Positions 37,037 to 49,254 of a stretch of 64,000 nt of DNA are shown here, in pieces. Source of the stretch: Squalus acanthias (lineage: Eukaryota); contig CM059432.1 of assembly GCA_030390025.1 (NCBI GenBank), positions 44,580,001 to 44,644,000 of the forward strand. The letters run 5' to 3'. Every line of letters starts with the position of its first letter. Within the stretch, counting starts at the first letter, position 1. Under the pieces are notes generated by a model. The model was not told where the DNA came from and searched no databases. It worked only from the letters and a program-made list of their open reading frames with translations. A program made the translations under genes and the position numbers.

Positions 37037-37455
37037 ATTATCTCAGTGCTGTTGGAACCGGCAGCAGGACTGGAACCCGCCAAACACCGAACCCGACACG
37101 AACCCGCCTCCGCTGGGAAAATCCAGCCCTAAATATCTTATAAGGTGAAAAGGAGGTGCATCAAAGAATACAGTTCTGTGGATAAAAAGAGAGATAAGAA
37201 CTAAATTGAAATTTAAAAGGAAAGCAGATATTAAAATTATGGCTAACAATACTAAAAGTAATCATGTGGAATATAGAATTTGTAGTAGAGAAGTGAAAAA
37301 TGAGGCTAGAAAGGCTAAAATGGAAAATGACATAAAGGATAGCACATAATATAAAAGAAAATAGTAAGCACATCTATAAGGGAAGGTTCTGAATGTGGAA
37401 GATGAAGGTATGTTGGCAATATTAAGTAAATATTTTGCATTAATTTTTACAAATT

Positions 37456-37773
37456 TGGCAGCACCTCCCAAACCCGCGAACTCTTTCACCTAGAAGGACA
37501 AGGGCAGCAGACGCATGGGAACACCACCACCTCCAAGTTCCCCTCCAAGTCACACACCATCCTGACTTTGAAATATATCGCCGATCCTTCATCGTCGCTG
37601 AGTCAAAATCCTGGAACTCCCTCCCTAACAGCACTGTAGGACTACCTTCATCACACGGACTGCAGCGGTTCAAGAAGGCGGCTCACCACCAGCTTCTCGA
37701 GGGCAATTAGGGATGGGCAATAAATGCTGGCCTTGCCAGCGACGCCCACATCCCATAAACTAATAAAAAAAAA
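37456..37773 (+). mobile_element. 3' fragment of the LINE family at 11528-14705
   Basis: Reverse complement of about 11530-11845; ends in an A-rich tail. Confidence 0.88.
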
Positions 37774-37904
37774 TGATAGTGTAAGTAAGAATGAAGGTAC
37801 AAAAAGCAGAATGCAGAATAATTGTTAGGGATGACTATAAAAAAGAATTGTTTTTAAAAATATGGTAGAGCTGAAGGTGGCTAAGTCACTGGGCCCAGAT
37901 GACA

Positions 37905-38452
37905 TCATAGAATCATAGAAATTTACAGCACAGAAGGAGGCCATTCATCCCATCTTGTCCGTGCCAGCCGACAAAGAGCTTCCACCCTATCCCACTTTCC
38001 AGCTCTTGGTCTGTAGCCTTGTAAGTTACGGCACTTCAAGTGCATATCCAAGTACTTTTTAAATGTGATGAGGGTCTCTGCCTCTACCACCCTTTCAGGC
38101 AGTGAGTTCCAGACCCCCACCACCCTCTGGGTGAAAAATTTCTCCTCAAATCCCCTCTAAACCTCCGACAAATTACTTTAAATCTATGCCCCCTGGTTAT
38201 TGACCCTTCTGCTAAGGGAAATAGGTCCTTCCTCTCCACTCTGTCTAGGCCCCTCATAATTTTATACACCTCAATTGGGTCTCCCCTCAGCCTCCTCTGT
38301 TCCAAAGAAAACAACCCCAGCCTATCCAATCTTTCCTCATAGCAATATTTCCCCAGCCCAGGCAACATCCTCGAAAATCCCCTTTGCATCCCCTCTAGTG
38401 CAATCACATCCTTCCTGTAATGTGGTGACCAGAACTGCACGCAGTATTCTAG
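37905..38452 (-). mobile_element. CR1 LINE 3' fragment
   Basis: LEYCVQFWSPHYRKD..; ATCATAGA tail repeats. Confidence 0.88.
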
Positions 38453-38503
38453 CATGCACCCTAGGCTGTTGAAAGAATTCAGAGAGAAGATAACAGAGAA
38501 TTT

Positions 38504-39390
38504 GGGGGAAAAATTCAGTTGGTTGCGCCTCCCGTTAGCGCCTTAAGAGGGCGCTAATGGGGCGCAAATCATCTAGCGCCCAGGCACGACGATGTTTGCG
38601 CCGCTCGCGAAATTAACTAATCATTTTGCGGTGGCGCTAAACACTACCACCACGATCTCCTGCACCGGCAGATCATGACGTCAGTCGAGTGCGCAACGCC
38701 CCGGTATCGCCCCGGAGCGGATATTGAGTGGCGCCCCCTGTCTTACCGCCTGCCGCTAGCAACGACAGGTTGAGGGGAGCGTTTTGCAGTCAGGAAGGGA
38801 CTGGGGGAGCGCTATTTAAAGGAAACCGCTTCCTGCCTTTTATTGTTGGTGACATTTTTGAACCACGCATTCAGAGAGAGAAAGACTTCTGGAGAGATTC
38901 AACGCTGTGTGAAGGAGTTTTGGGTACTGAGCAGCACTTTGCAGGTTCATTTTGATTTGCCCTTCCTTGTATCGATTTAGAAGAGATTGTGGGGGCTGCA
39001 CTCTGAGCTCTTTCCCTGGTACTCTCCATTGTTCTTTCCAGCAGATTTGATGTGCAGGTCTCTCCAGGCCGAGATCCAAGGCTACAATGAGCAGGATGTG
39101 GATGGAAAGCAAGATCAACCCTCCCCTTTAAGAACTGGCCCGCGCCATTGTGTGTGTGTTCCATTGCTGACTGACATCATATGTGCTTCGCCAGCGCTCT
39201 AAGGTAGCGCCTCGCTCCTCGGCCTTTGCGCCTTAAGACAGGTGTGAAGTGCCTGATTTAGCACTCCAATCACCTCCAGGGTCGATAAAAGTCAAGTTTG
39301 CAGTCGGTGGCGATAATTAGCGCCAGGCGCTAATCTTTGCGCCCGGCCGATAATTGCGCCCCAAATGGGACGATACTGAATTTCTCCCCC
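38504..39390 (+). mobile_element. About 890-bp PIF/Harbinger MITE, copy 3
   Basis: Same TIRs and body as 1323-2211; TSD TTT. Confidence 0.85.
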
Positions 39391-40599
39391 TTTGACTACA
39401 ATTTTTCAATCTTCCTTATATGTGCAAATCATACCATGGGACTGAGAATAACCAATGTAGCACCTTTGGTTGATGGACGGGAAACAAAGAGCTGGGGAAT
39501 GGATGTTGCTTAGATTGGAGAGGGGTTGGAAGTGCTGTACCTCAAGCATCAGTGCTGGGTCCACTTTTGAGCTTGATATATATAGATGATTTAGACTTGG
39601 GTATAGGGAACACAATCTTGAAATGAGCTATTCACACAAAAGTAGGGGTTTTGGCAAAAAACGAGAAAGACTGTAAAATAATTCAGGAAGATGGGGATAG
39701 GTTAGCAAAATGGGCGGGGATCAAATGTTACTAATCTCTTCCCATTTTTCTGCTTCCCCTTTTGCATGATGGGGCAAACACAGATGAAAAGCAGTCCAAG
39801 TAAATGTAACAAAGGGAAACATTTTGAAATATTACTGAAGTAGTGAGAGAAATGAGTAATACAAAGGAGTGTTCTCCCCAAGAGCATGGATGTACCAATT
39901 ATTGGCAAGTATATGCCAGAGGACCAGAAAGAGAAGAGGATAACACAGGTGCACAAAGAGCATAGGAGGCACAGCAGGTGCCACGTGAGGCAGTTATCTG
40001 AGCCTGGGGAGCAGCAGTTCATAAGGAGGCTGAGATTCCCTATGGAAGCTATGACTGAATGTGTCACCTGGGCCACAAAAAGGTGCAGGGATATTCAACT
40101 ATTTGCCATCTACTATCAGTTGCAGTGTAAATCATCTCAACCTATATGTGACAGGAATCATCCAAGCATCTGCAGAAGCTGTTTCAGAAGTAAATCACTT
40201 TATTTGTTTGACTTTTGTCCAACTGACATCTTATTTTCTGCATAATGAATGACAACAGTAAGATATATTAAAGTGAATTAATTTTATTAAGTTGTGCACA
40301 CTGGTGGTGTACATGTTTACTGCTCTGTTGACACCTTGTATGTCATGACTTCTTCTTTGTGGATGTGCCCTACTTCTAAATGTTTCCATAGTTGCACATC
40401 TATCCACCTGTCCACCTATAAGAGATGCAGAAAGCCCACAACCTTTATCAGTGACTAGCCCTGATGAAGCTGTAGTTGCTATGGCCTTGCTGCTTGCAGA
40501 AGTGATGGTTACTCTCACTTATGTGAGGCTATGTGATAGCACAGAATTGCCACTGAGATGCGTGCCAGGCAGCAGACAAAAATGGACAAGATGGGAAAG

Positions 40600-41570
40600 T
40601 AGTACAAAGAAATAAATGTATGTGCATCATAAATATAACTGAAGCTTAACATTAACATTTTGTCAAACACCCATGTGAATACCCTTGCGCATCTACGATT
40701 GTGTCTTGTTTCGTTTCTGCATGCTTCTACGAGGTGCAACCCCTGTGGCTTCACCAGAGGTAGAGGCAGGCTGCTCATTTCCCTGCTGCGACTGCTTTGA
40801 CACTTTTGGCAGACATCCTCTGGGTTTTGGAGCCTGTGAGGGCCCCGCCAAAGACTGCTCCTCCTGCAACGGTGCAGAGGCAGACTCGGCCATCAGAATT
40901 CGAGGCAGCATCTGGGGCTTTGACTGAGGGGGAGGTAATGGGGGAGAAGTGGGAGTGCTTTGAGAAGAGCCCCCACTTTCATATCCCCTCTCACCATCAT
41001 CCCTCTCATGGGCCACCCGCACTTCCCTGCTAGCAAGGAGCTGGAGAGCACTTTGCTGCAGATCAGTGGGGCGATGAACGCCCAAGTCTAAGTTGATATC
41101 TCTCCTCGAGATGAGATCAATGAGTGTCTGCAATCTGTTGTTCACAGCAAGCATGTTCTCGTTCGACTGGTGCATTTGCTGCTCCATGCAGGTGGCCATC
41201 CCTCCCATGGAACAGCACAACATCGTCATCGCCTGCAAGATAGTAGTGCTCCTCCATTCTCTATACAGTTGCATACATTGTGGATTCCAGAGCCTCAAGC
41301 ATTTGTTGCTGCTCCTCCAAGATCACCCTCTTTCTGGATGGCCCCCAAGGTTCAGCATCTGCATGCAGCTGAGCAGAGCTGGGAGCTTCCTGCGCCCTCC
41401 GGCGAGGAGTCTCCACCGCTGTCCCTGTCTCCACCATCTGCTGTTGCTCAATTGTGATCAGTGAGACACCAGGTGACAACACTACTCTATGTCTCACATG
41501 ACCCACCGACGTGCATGTATCTGCGCTGGTGCTGGGTGCGCATGGGATTGGTGACGGTGCACCCTCAGGG
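40600..41570 (-). pseudogene. Harbinger Myb/SANT gene last-exon remnant
   Basis: Aligns to 34196-35210 (PSQAPKPRGCLPK..PASTSGEATGVAPRRS). Confidence 0.8.
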
Positions 41571-42680
41571 GGTGGGGGATGAGAGAGAGCAATTCTCGGG
41601 GGGGGGGATCAGAGAGAGTAATTCTCGGGGGGGATCAGGGAGAGTAATTCTCGGGGGGGTGGGGGATGAGAGAGTAATTCTCGCGGGTGGGTGATCAGAG
41701 AGAGTAATTTTTGGGGGGATCTGAGAGAGTAATTCTCGGGGGGGGTGGGGGATGAGAGTAATTCTCGCGGGTGGGTGATCAGAGAGAGTAATTCTCGGGG
41801 GGGAATCAGAGAGAGTAATTCTCGGGGGGGGAATCAGAAAGAGTAATTCTCGGGGGGTGGGGGATCAGAGAGAGTAATTCTCAGGGGGAATCAGAGAGAG
41901 TAATTCTCGGGGGGGGAATCAGAAAGAGTAATTCTCGGGGGGTGGGGGATCAGAGAGAGTAATTCTCAGGGGGGGAATCAGAGAGAGAGTAATTCTTGGG
42001 TTGGGGGGATCAGAGAGGGTAATTCTTGGGTTGGGGGTTCAGAGATTAATTTTTGGGTTGGGGGAATCAGAGTAATTCTTGGGTTGGAGGGGGATCAGAG
42101 AGAGTAATTTTTGGGTTGGGAGGGCGTATCAGAGAGAGTAATTCTTGGGGGGGATCAGAGAGAGTAATTCTCGGGGGGCGGGGAATCAGAGAGAGTAAAT
42201 CTCAGGGGGGAGAGAATCAGAGAGTAATTCCCAGGGTGGGGGATCAAAGAGAATAATTTTTTGGGGGGGAAATCAGAGAGAGTAATTCTTGGGGGAATCA
42301 GAGAGAGTAATTCTTGGGGGAATCAGAGAGAGTAATTCTTGGGGGAATCAGAGAGAGTAATTCTTGGGGGAATCAGAGAGAGTAATTTTTGGGTTGGGGG
42401 GATCCAAGAGAGTAATTCTTGGGTTGTGGGGATCAGAGAGAGTAATTCTTGGGTTGGGGATCAGAGAGAGTAATTTTTGGGTTGGGGGGATCCAAGAGAG
42501 TAATTCTTGGGTTGTGGGGATCAGAGAGAGTAATTCTTGGGTTGGGGAGATCAGAGAGAGTAATTCTTGGTTTGGGGGGATCAGAGAGAGTAATTCTTGG
42601 TTTGGGGGGATCAGAGAGAGTAATTCTTGGTTTGGGGGGATCAGAGAGAGTAATTCTTGGTTTGGGTGGGTATCAGAGAG
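41570..42680 (+). repeat. G-rich minisatellite, unit about 22-31 bp, consensus GGGGGATCAGAGAGAGTAATTCTTGGGTT
   Basis: Tens of tandem units with a constant GAGAGTAATT core and variable G-runs. Confidence 0.95.
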
Positions 42681-43029
42681 CGTAGTTAGTTTGGCACTGC
42701 AGCTCTTATAGACACTGAAAATAGGATTTTTTTGTATCGAGTCACTGTACTCATTGAGGTATTTGCCAATATTTTAGAGGCATTATGATGCCAAACAAAT
42801 CCAAACACGTCTTCCAACAGCTAAAGTACGCTACTATATCCCTAGAATTGTTTGGCAGTGTTTTAGGCGTTGCAATGCCAAACGAGGTGTGTTTGTAGTA
42901 GGCAAAAAACAATATGCAACGTGTTGTCGGAAATTTTTTTTTTAGTCACCATTAACACCGAGAAATGTACCCCAAAGCAAAGGTAAAAAAAAAATCGAGA
43001 ATCCAATGTAATTAAAACAGAATCTGGTT

Positions 43030-43451
43030 TATTGTGGGTTGAAGTCCCACTCCAGGGACTTGAGCACATAAAGCTCGGCTGACACTCCAGTGCATTGCTG
43101 AGGGAGTGCTGCACTGTTGAAGGTGTCGTCTTTCAGATGCGATGTTAAACCGAGGCCCCGTCTGCTCTCTCAGGTGGACGTAAAAGATCCCATGGCACTA
43201 TTTCGAAGAAGAGTAGGGGAGTTATCCCCAGAGTCCTGGCCAATAGTTCTCCCTCAACCAACATAACAAAAACAGATTATCTGGTCATTTTCACATTGCT
43301 GTTTGTGGGAGCTTGCTTTGCACAAATTGGCTGCTGCGTTTCCCACATTACAACAGTGACTACACTCCAAAAGTACTTTGTTGGCTGTAAAGGGCTTTGA
43401 GACGTTCGGTGGTCGTGAAAGGCGCTATATAAATGCAGGAGTTTCTTTCTT
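43030..43451 (+). mobile_element. DeuSINE (SacSINE1/AmnSINE1-like), well preserved
   Basis: Degenerate B box GGGTTGAAGTCCC; Deu-domain-like GGTGGACGTAAAAGATCCCATGGCACTATTTCGAAGAAGAG; L2-like tail GGCGCTATATAAATGCA. Confidence 0.8.
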
Positions 43452-43469
43452 ATTGAGTGGGAGGGGGGT

Positions 43470-44110
43470 AACGCAGCGGCGTCTGGTAATGTCCCTTTAA
43501 GCCGGGTATCCCTGAGCTTGTCTGTAGTGTCTCTTTAAACAGTGCGCCGCTCGATCACGTGTCGCAGCATTGTGGGTGCGGGACAGCGGCAGTCAGAGCG
43601 GCGCAGCATCGGCGTGGGGGAAACGGCAGTCAGAGCGGCGCAGCATCGGCGTGGGGGAAACGGCAGTTGGAGCGGAGCAGTGCCGGGCGGATGGCGGCGG
43701 GGGCGCGCGGGACTGGAACCGGAACCGGGACCCAGTGCGAGGCCGGCTCACCGGCGCTGACGAGTGCTGGGCGGGCAGCGCGCGCTCTGTGCAGCCGGCG
43801 GGTTCGGACGCCTGTCCTCCCGGGGCCCTGTTAGGCAGTCGGTGGTAGTGGGAGAGACACACAGAGATGTGTTGGTGTGTGTGTGTGTCGCTCCCCTCCC
43901 TCTAAAAGAAGCATGAGACAGGACGTGGCACGAATCCCCTTCCCGTCCGCCGGCTGCTCAGTCACAGACACCGGGGTCATCTAAAAAAAAACCTTTTTGC
44001 ACCCGCTCGGCCTTTGGGAGCATCCCACCCCTCTTCCCCCCTCTCCCCTCGGTGGGGAGCCGCTGCCGCAACACTTGAAGCCTCACTCACTCCGCCCCAA
44101 GTCTGCAGCT
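43470..44110 (+). promoter_or_regulatory. CpG island, promoter and 5' UTR of TMEM64
   Basis: Non-repeat CpG-dense stretch directly upstream of the first coding exon; CACGTG E-box near 43556; GC boxes; GGAACCGGAACCGG ETS-like sites near 43715. Confidence 0.75.
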
Positions 44111-44145
44111 GCACCGAGTGATGTAGACTTTCGGCAAAAAAGTGA

Positions 44146-45036
<891 letters not shown>

Positions 45037-46812
45037 TGACCTGCACCATCTCTGTTGCAGTTGTAAACAGCGTATACCGAAAGAAAAACTGCTGCAAGCT
45101 TACTCCATTTTTTTACAACTTGTTGCTCATCCAAATCCTGGCACATTGAATATTTCCCCCCATCTAGACAAGTCTCTCCATCTAATTGGGGATTGAAATC
45201 TAAGTAACAATTTTATTTAAAATTCACTTTGCTTAATGAGTGACTATTTTGTAGGATATACTGTTTAGGGAATCTGCATAGATAAATTATAGTATCACAA
45301 GCTGCATTTTGACAATTATGGTACTTCGCAGATGATTCCTGTGTTTTTTTCTGAGCTTTTTGATTTCCTATCTCAAGTAGGTCACTGGCATGGAAGAGTG
45401 CGCTTGTTTAATTTCCATGGGGGTTTATTGGTGGTTCCTCCAGTCTGGAGATCAGTGCTGCAGTTTGGGGAATGGGAGCAGCAATATATTTATCATAGTG
45501 CAGCTCACATTTATTCAAGTTTAATTAAAAGCGTTGTATAACACTAATGTTTCAGGCCCTAGTTTTCAATAGCCCACAGTCCTTTTCACATGACTTTAAC
45601 CGCTGTTAGTGAAATCAAACATGACTGCCTGGAATGTTAAATTACTTTTCACTAATTGTCAATGCAGATGACATATATTTTTAATTAAAGAGACTGAAAG
45701 GGGAAAACTTATATTCATCTTGGACACTGTTTCAAATTCATGAGCACAGGATACTGTGTACCTTAAAGTTATTGGCCCGCCTGGTGAAGCATCACTAAAA
45801 TAGATAATGCGTTCCACTGTCTGTTCAAGCATGAACTTAGTGCTAAACTCTAGTATGAGATCACTTCAGGAGGCAGTCTTGCACTCTGCTTTGTTTCTAC
45901 TCTTTACGCTTTGCTTCCGCAGCATATAATTGTAATAAAAACAGAAAATGCTGGAAATACTCAGCAGGTCAGGTAGCATCTGTTGAGAGAGAAACAGAGT
46001 TAACATTTCAGGTTAATGACCTTTCATCATCAGGTCATCGACCTGAAACGTTGGGCCGGATATTCCGACCCCCACGGGTGTGTATGCACCCGTAGGGGCC
46101 TCGCAAGTGCCGGTTTCAGGCATACGAAGCGCATGCACTAAAACCCGGCACTTCCGATCTGTCAAGAATCCTCTTGACAGATCATCCGCCTGTCTGGGAG
46201 AAAGGCCTCAGCGGGCAGAGAGTTCCGCTTTCTGCACAACTTCCGCCCGCTGAAAACCTTTAAAAATCTTACGCCTGGCAAAAGCAGGCGTAAGGCCTGC
46301 TTTTACCAGCATAAGAGTTTAAAAAAAATAAAAAAAAATTTTTTCACTCATTTATAATTTAAAAATACTTTTATAAAAGGTAAGTTTATTTTTAGCCCTG
46401 TAAAAAACTTTAATTATTTTTTTCAAAAAATTAAATTTTTGTTTAAAATATTTAATTTAATGTAATTTTAATTTTAAATGTGATTTTTTTTTTTAATTAT
46501 TTAATATTTAACTTTTTTAAGTGATCCCCATTCATATTTTTGACAGATCTATGCAAAGAGACCTGTCAAAAGTATGAAGGGGGATTTAGACACATAGAAA
46601 CTAGAAAAATAGGAGCAGGAGTAGGCCATTCGGCTCTTCGAGCCTGATCTGCCATTCAATATGATCATGGCTGATCCTCTATCTCAATACCATATTCCCG
46701 CTCTCTCCCCATATCCTTTGATCATGATGCGGAGATGCCGGTGTTGGACTGGGGTGGACAAAAGTGAGAAGTCGCACAACACCAGGTTATAGTCCAACAG
46801 TTTTATTTGAAA

Positions 46813-46850
46813 TCACAAGCTTTCGGAGCTGCTGCTCCTTCGTCAGGTGA
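46813..46850 (-). ncRNA. Minimal type I hammerhead ribozyme motif (family B)
   Basis: Reverse complement of 47067-47104. Confidence 0.7.
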
Positions 46851-47066
46851 AGTGAAGGAATACGAATCGGCAAAGCATATATAGACAGAGAACAATGCTT
46901 GTGCAGCGTACAATGTCAGACGACTACAGTTAATCTTTCTGACTGTCTCTCTGCCGAGGTGTGATAAAAGGCAGTCAGAAAGATTAACTGTAGTCGTCTG
47001 ACATTGTACGCTGCACAGGCATTGTTCTCTGTCTATATATGCTTTGCCGATTCGTATTCCTTCACT

Positions 47067-47104
47067 TCACCTGACGAAGGAGCAGCAGCTCCGAAAGCTT
47101 GTGA
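47067..47104 (+). ncRNA. Minimal type I hammerhead ribozyme motif (family B)
   Basis: TCAC-CTGACGA-A-GGAGC-AGCA-GCTCC-GAAA-GCTT-GTGA: stem I UCAC/GUGA, stem II 5 bp, palindromic AAGCUU stem III, CUU triplet. Confidence 0.72.
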
Positions 47105-48038
47105 TTTCAAATAAAACTGTTGGACTATAACCTGGTGTTGTGCAACTTCTCACTTTTGCATACCCTTTGATGCCTTTTGTGTCTAGAAATCTATCTATCT
47201 CCTTCTTAAATATATTCAGTGACTTGGCCTCCACAGCCTCTGTGGTAGAGAATTCCACAGGTTCCCCACCCTCTGAGTGAAGAAATTTCTCCTCGTCTCA
47301 GTCCTAAATGTCCTACCCCTTATCCTGAGACTAGACCCCGCCCCCCCCCCCCCCCCCCCCCCAGCCCCAGCCCCAGCCAGGGGAAACGTTCTCCCTGCGG
47401 TCCAGTCTGTCTAGCCCTGTCCGAATTTTATATATTTCAATGAGATTCCCCTCTCATTCTTCTAAACTCTACTGAATACAGGCCTAGTCGACTCAATCTC
47501 TCCTCATACGACAGTCCTGCCATCCCAGGAATCAGTCTGGTGAACCTTCGCTGCACTCCCTCTATGGCAAGTATATCCTTTCTTGGGTAAGGAGACCAAA
47601 ACTGTGCACAGTACTCCAGGTGTGGTCTCACCAAGGCCCTGTACAACTGTAGTAAGACATCCTTGCTCCTGTACTCAAATCCTCTTGCAATGAGGGCCAA
47701 CATGCCATTTGACTTCCTAACAGCATGCTGCACCTGCATGTTTGCTTTCAGTGACTGGTGTACAAGGACACCCAGGTCCCTTTGTACATCAACATTTCCC
47801 AATCTATCACCATTTAAATAATACTCTGCCTTTCTGTTTTTCCGACCGAAGTGGATAACTTCACATTTATCCACGTTATACTGCATCTGCCATGTATTTG
47901 TCCACTCACTCAACTTGTCTAAATCGCCTTGAAGCCTCTTTGCATCCTCTTCACAACTCTCAATCCCACCTAGTTTCGTGTCGTCAGCAAACTTGGAAAT
48001 ATTACATTTGGTTCCCTCATCCAAATCATTGATATATA

Positions 48039-48402
48039 CAGGAAACTCTTTATTAACCGGCACCCAAATATCCAGAAATCTCTCTTAACCGGCAAAATTC
48101 TTGAGTAGGTAACCGGGGTTTTCCTTCATCTCTCGTTTAAGATTAACTTTAAAAAAAACCCCGAGGCGTTTGCCTTGTATCGGAGCGTGTAGATTGGGAG
48201 GGGAATGTGCAGCCTGGGTAGGCAGCGGACACGACAGATGGTCAGCTGGCGGTCCCCGGGGAGACGGAGCTCCGAATGCAGGCGCATTTCAATGTGTACG
48301 GGGCTCTCGTACATTGGTAGATATAACTCTCCGTTATCCGGACTTTTTGATAAACCGGCACCACGCCGGTCCCGTCGGTGCCGGTTAATAAAGAGTTTCC
48401 TG
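48039..48402. mobile_element. Tc1/mariner-pogo (Tigger-type) MITE
   Basis: Perfect 26-bp TIR CAGGAAACTCTTTATTAACCGGCACC; TA duplication; splits the CR1 sequence LFTI|YINDL. Confidence 0.88.
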
Positions 48403-49254
48403 TATTGTGAATAGCTGGGGCCCAAGCACTGATCCCTGCGGTACCCCACTAGTCACCGCCTGCCACCCTGAAAAAGACCCATTTATTCCTACTCTCTGTT
48501 TCCTGTCTGTTAACCAATTTTCAATCCATGCCAGTATATTACCCTCAATCCCATGTGCTTTAATTTTGCACACTATGCTCTTATGTGGGACTTTATCAAA
48601 GGCCTTCTGAAAATCCAAATACACCACATCAACTGGTTCCCCCTTATCTATTCTACCAGTTACATCCTCAAAAAGCTCCAGTAAGTTTGTCAAACACGAT
48701 TTCCCTCTCATAAATCCATGTTGACTTTGTCTAATCCCGTTGATATTTTCTAAGTGTCCTGTTATCACATCCTTTATAATAGACTCTAGCATTTTCCCTA
48801 CTACTGATGTTAGGCTAACCGGTCTGTTGTTCCCTGTTTTCTCTTCCCTCCATTTTTAATTAGTGGGGTTACATTTGCCACCCTCCAATCTGCAGGAATT
48901 GTTCCATAATCTATAGAATTTCCCGTCGTTGATTGGTTCCCCATGGCCCACGTGATCCCAGGGACGCTTGCGAACCGCTTGCGCCCCAGGGATACCTGGG
49001 CCTCTGTGCGCGCGGACCAGGATATGCCCAGGATCGGAAGTCTCGGGACCTACGAAGCCAGCAGGTCAGTGCGTAGATTTTTCCCGATCAGAGGCATCCG
49101 CACGCAGGAAGCCTCCGATTGGAAAATCTGGCCTGTTAACTGTGTTTCTCTCTCCACAGATGCTGCCTGACCTGCTGAGTATTTCCAGCATTTTTCTACA
49201 TTTCATTTTTCCAGCAGCTGCAGTATTTTGCATTTGCAGTGTAATTGTAACCTA

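Larger units (their letters stand above)
29735..37129 (+). mobile_element. Formerly autonomous two-gene Harbinger transposon (left end not found), with RTE and MITE insertions
   Basis: Transposase (+) and Myb/SANT gene (-) are convergent; right TIR AAAATCCAGCCC followed by TAA; homologous to 62292-64000. Confidence 0.85.
46723..47158. mobile_element. Family B Penelope-like hairpin with 187-bp arms
   Basis: Arms 46759-46945 and 46972-47158, near-perfect; TSD CATAYCCTTTGAT at 46710-46722 and 47159-47171. Confidence 0.88.
46588..48921 (-). mobile_element. CR1 LINE (RT plus 3' UTR) with two nested inserts
   Basis: ORFs 48792-48385 and 48063-47437 (KFADD). Confidence 0.9.
46053..49134. mobile_element. 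Harbinger-type MITE carrying a nested CR1
   Basis: TIR GGGCCGGATATTCC / GGAAAATCTGGCCT; TSD GTT. Confidence 0.8.
45936..49241. mobile_element. Family A Penelope-like hairpin split in two (45936-46052 and 49135-49241)
   Basis: Halves rejoin as GACCTGAAACGTT|AAC; TAATTGTAA duplicated at 45927-45935 and 49242-49250. Confidence 0.8.

Noticed and set aside
42053..42711. Repetitive ORFs (GIRESNSW / GSERVILGL) and a CRISPR-like look
   Set aside because: Translations of a minisatellite; no unique spacers or cas genes, and the context is vertebrate
47336..47380. Long poly-C run plus (CCCCAG)n
   Set aside because: Local slippage inside a CR1, or a homopolymer assembly error; no evidence of function
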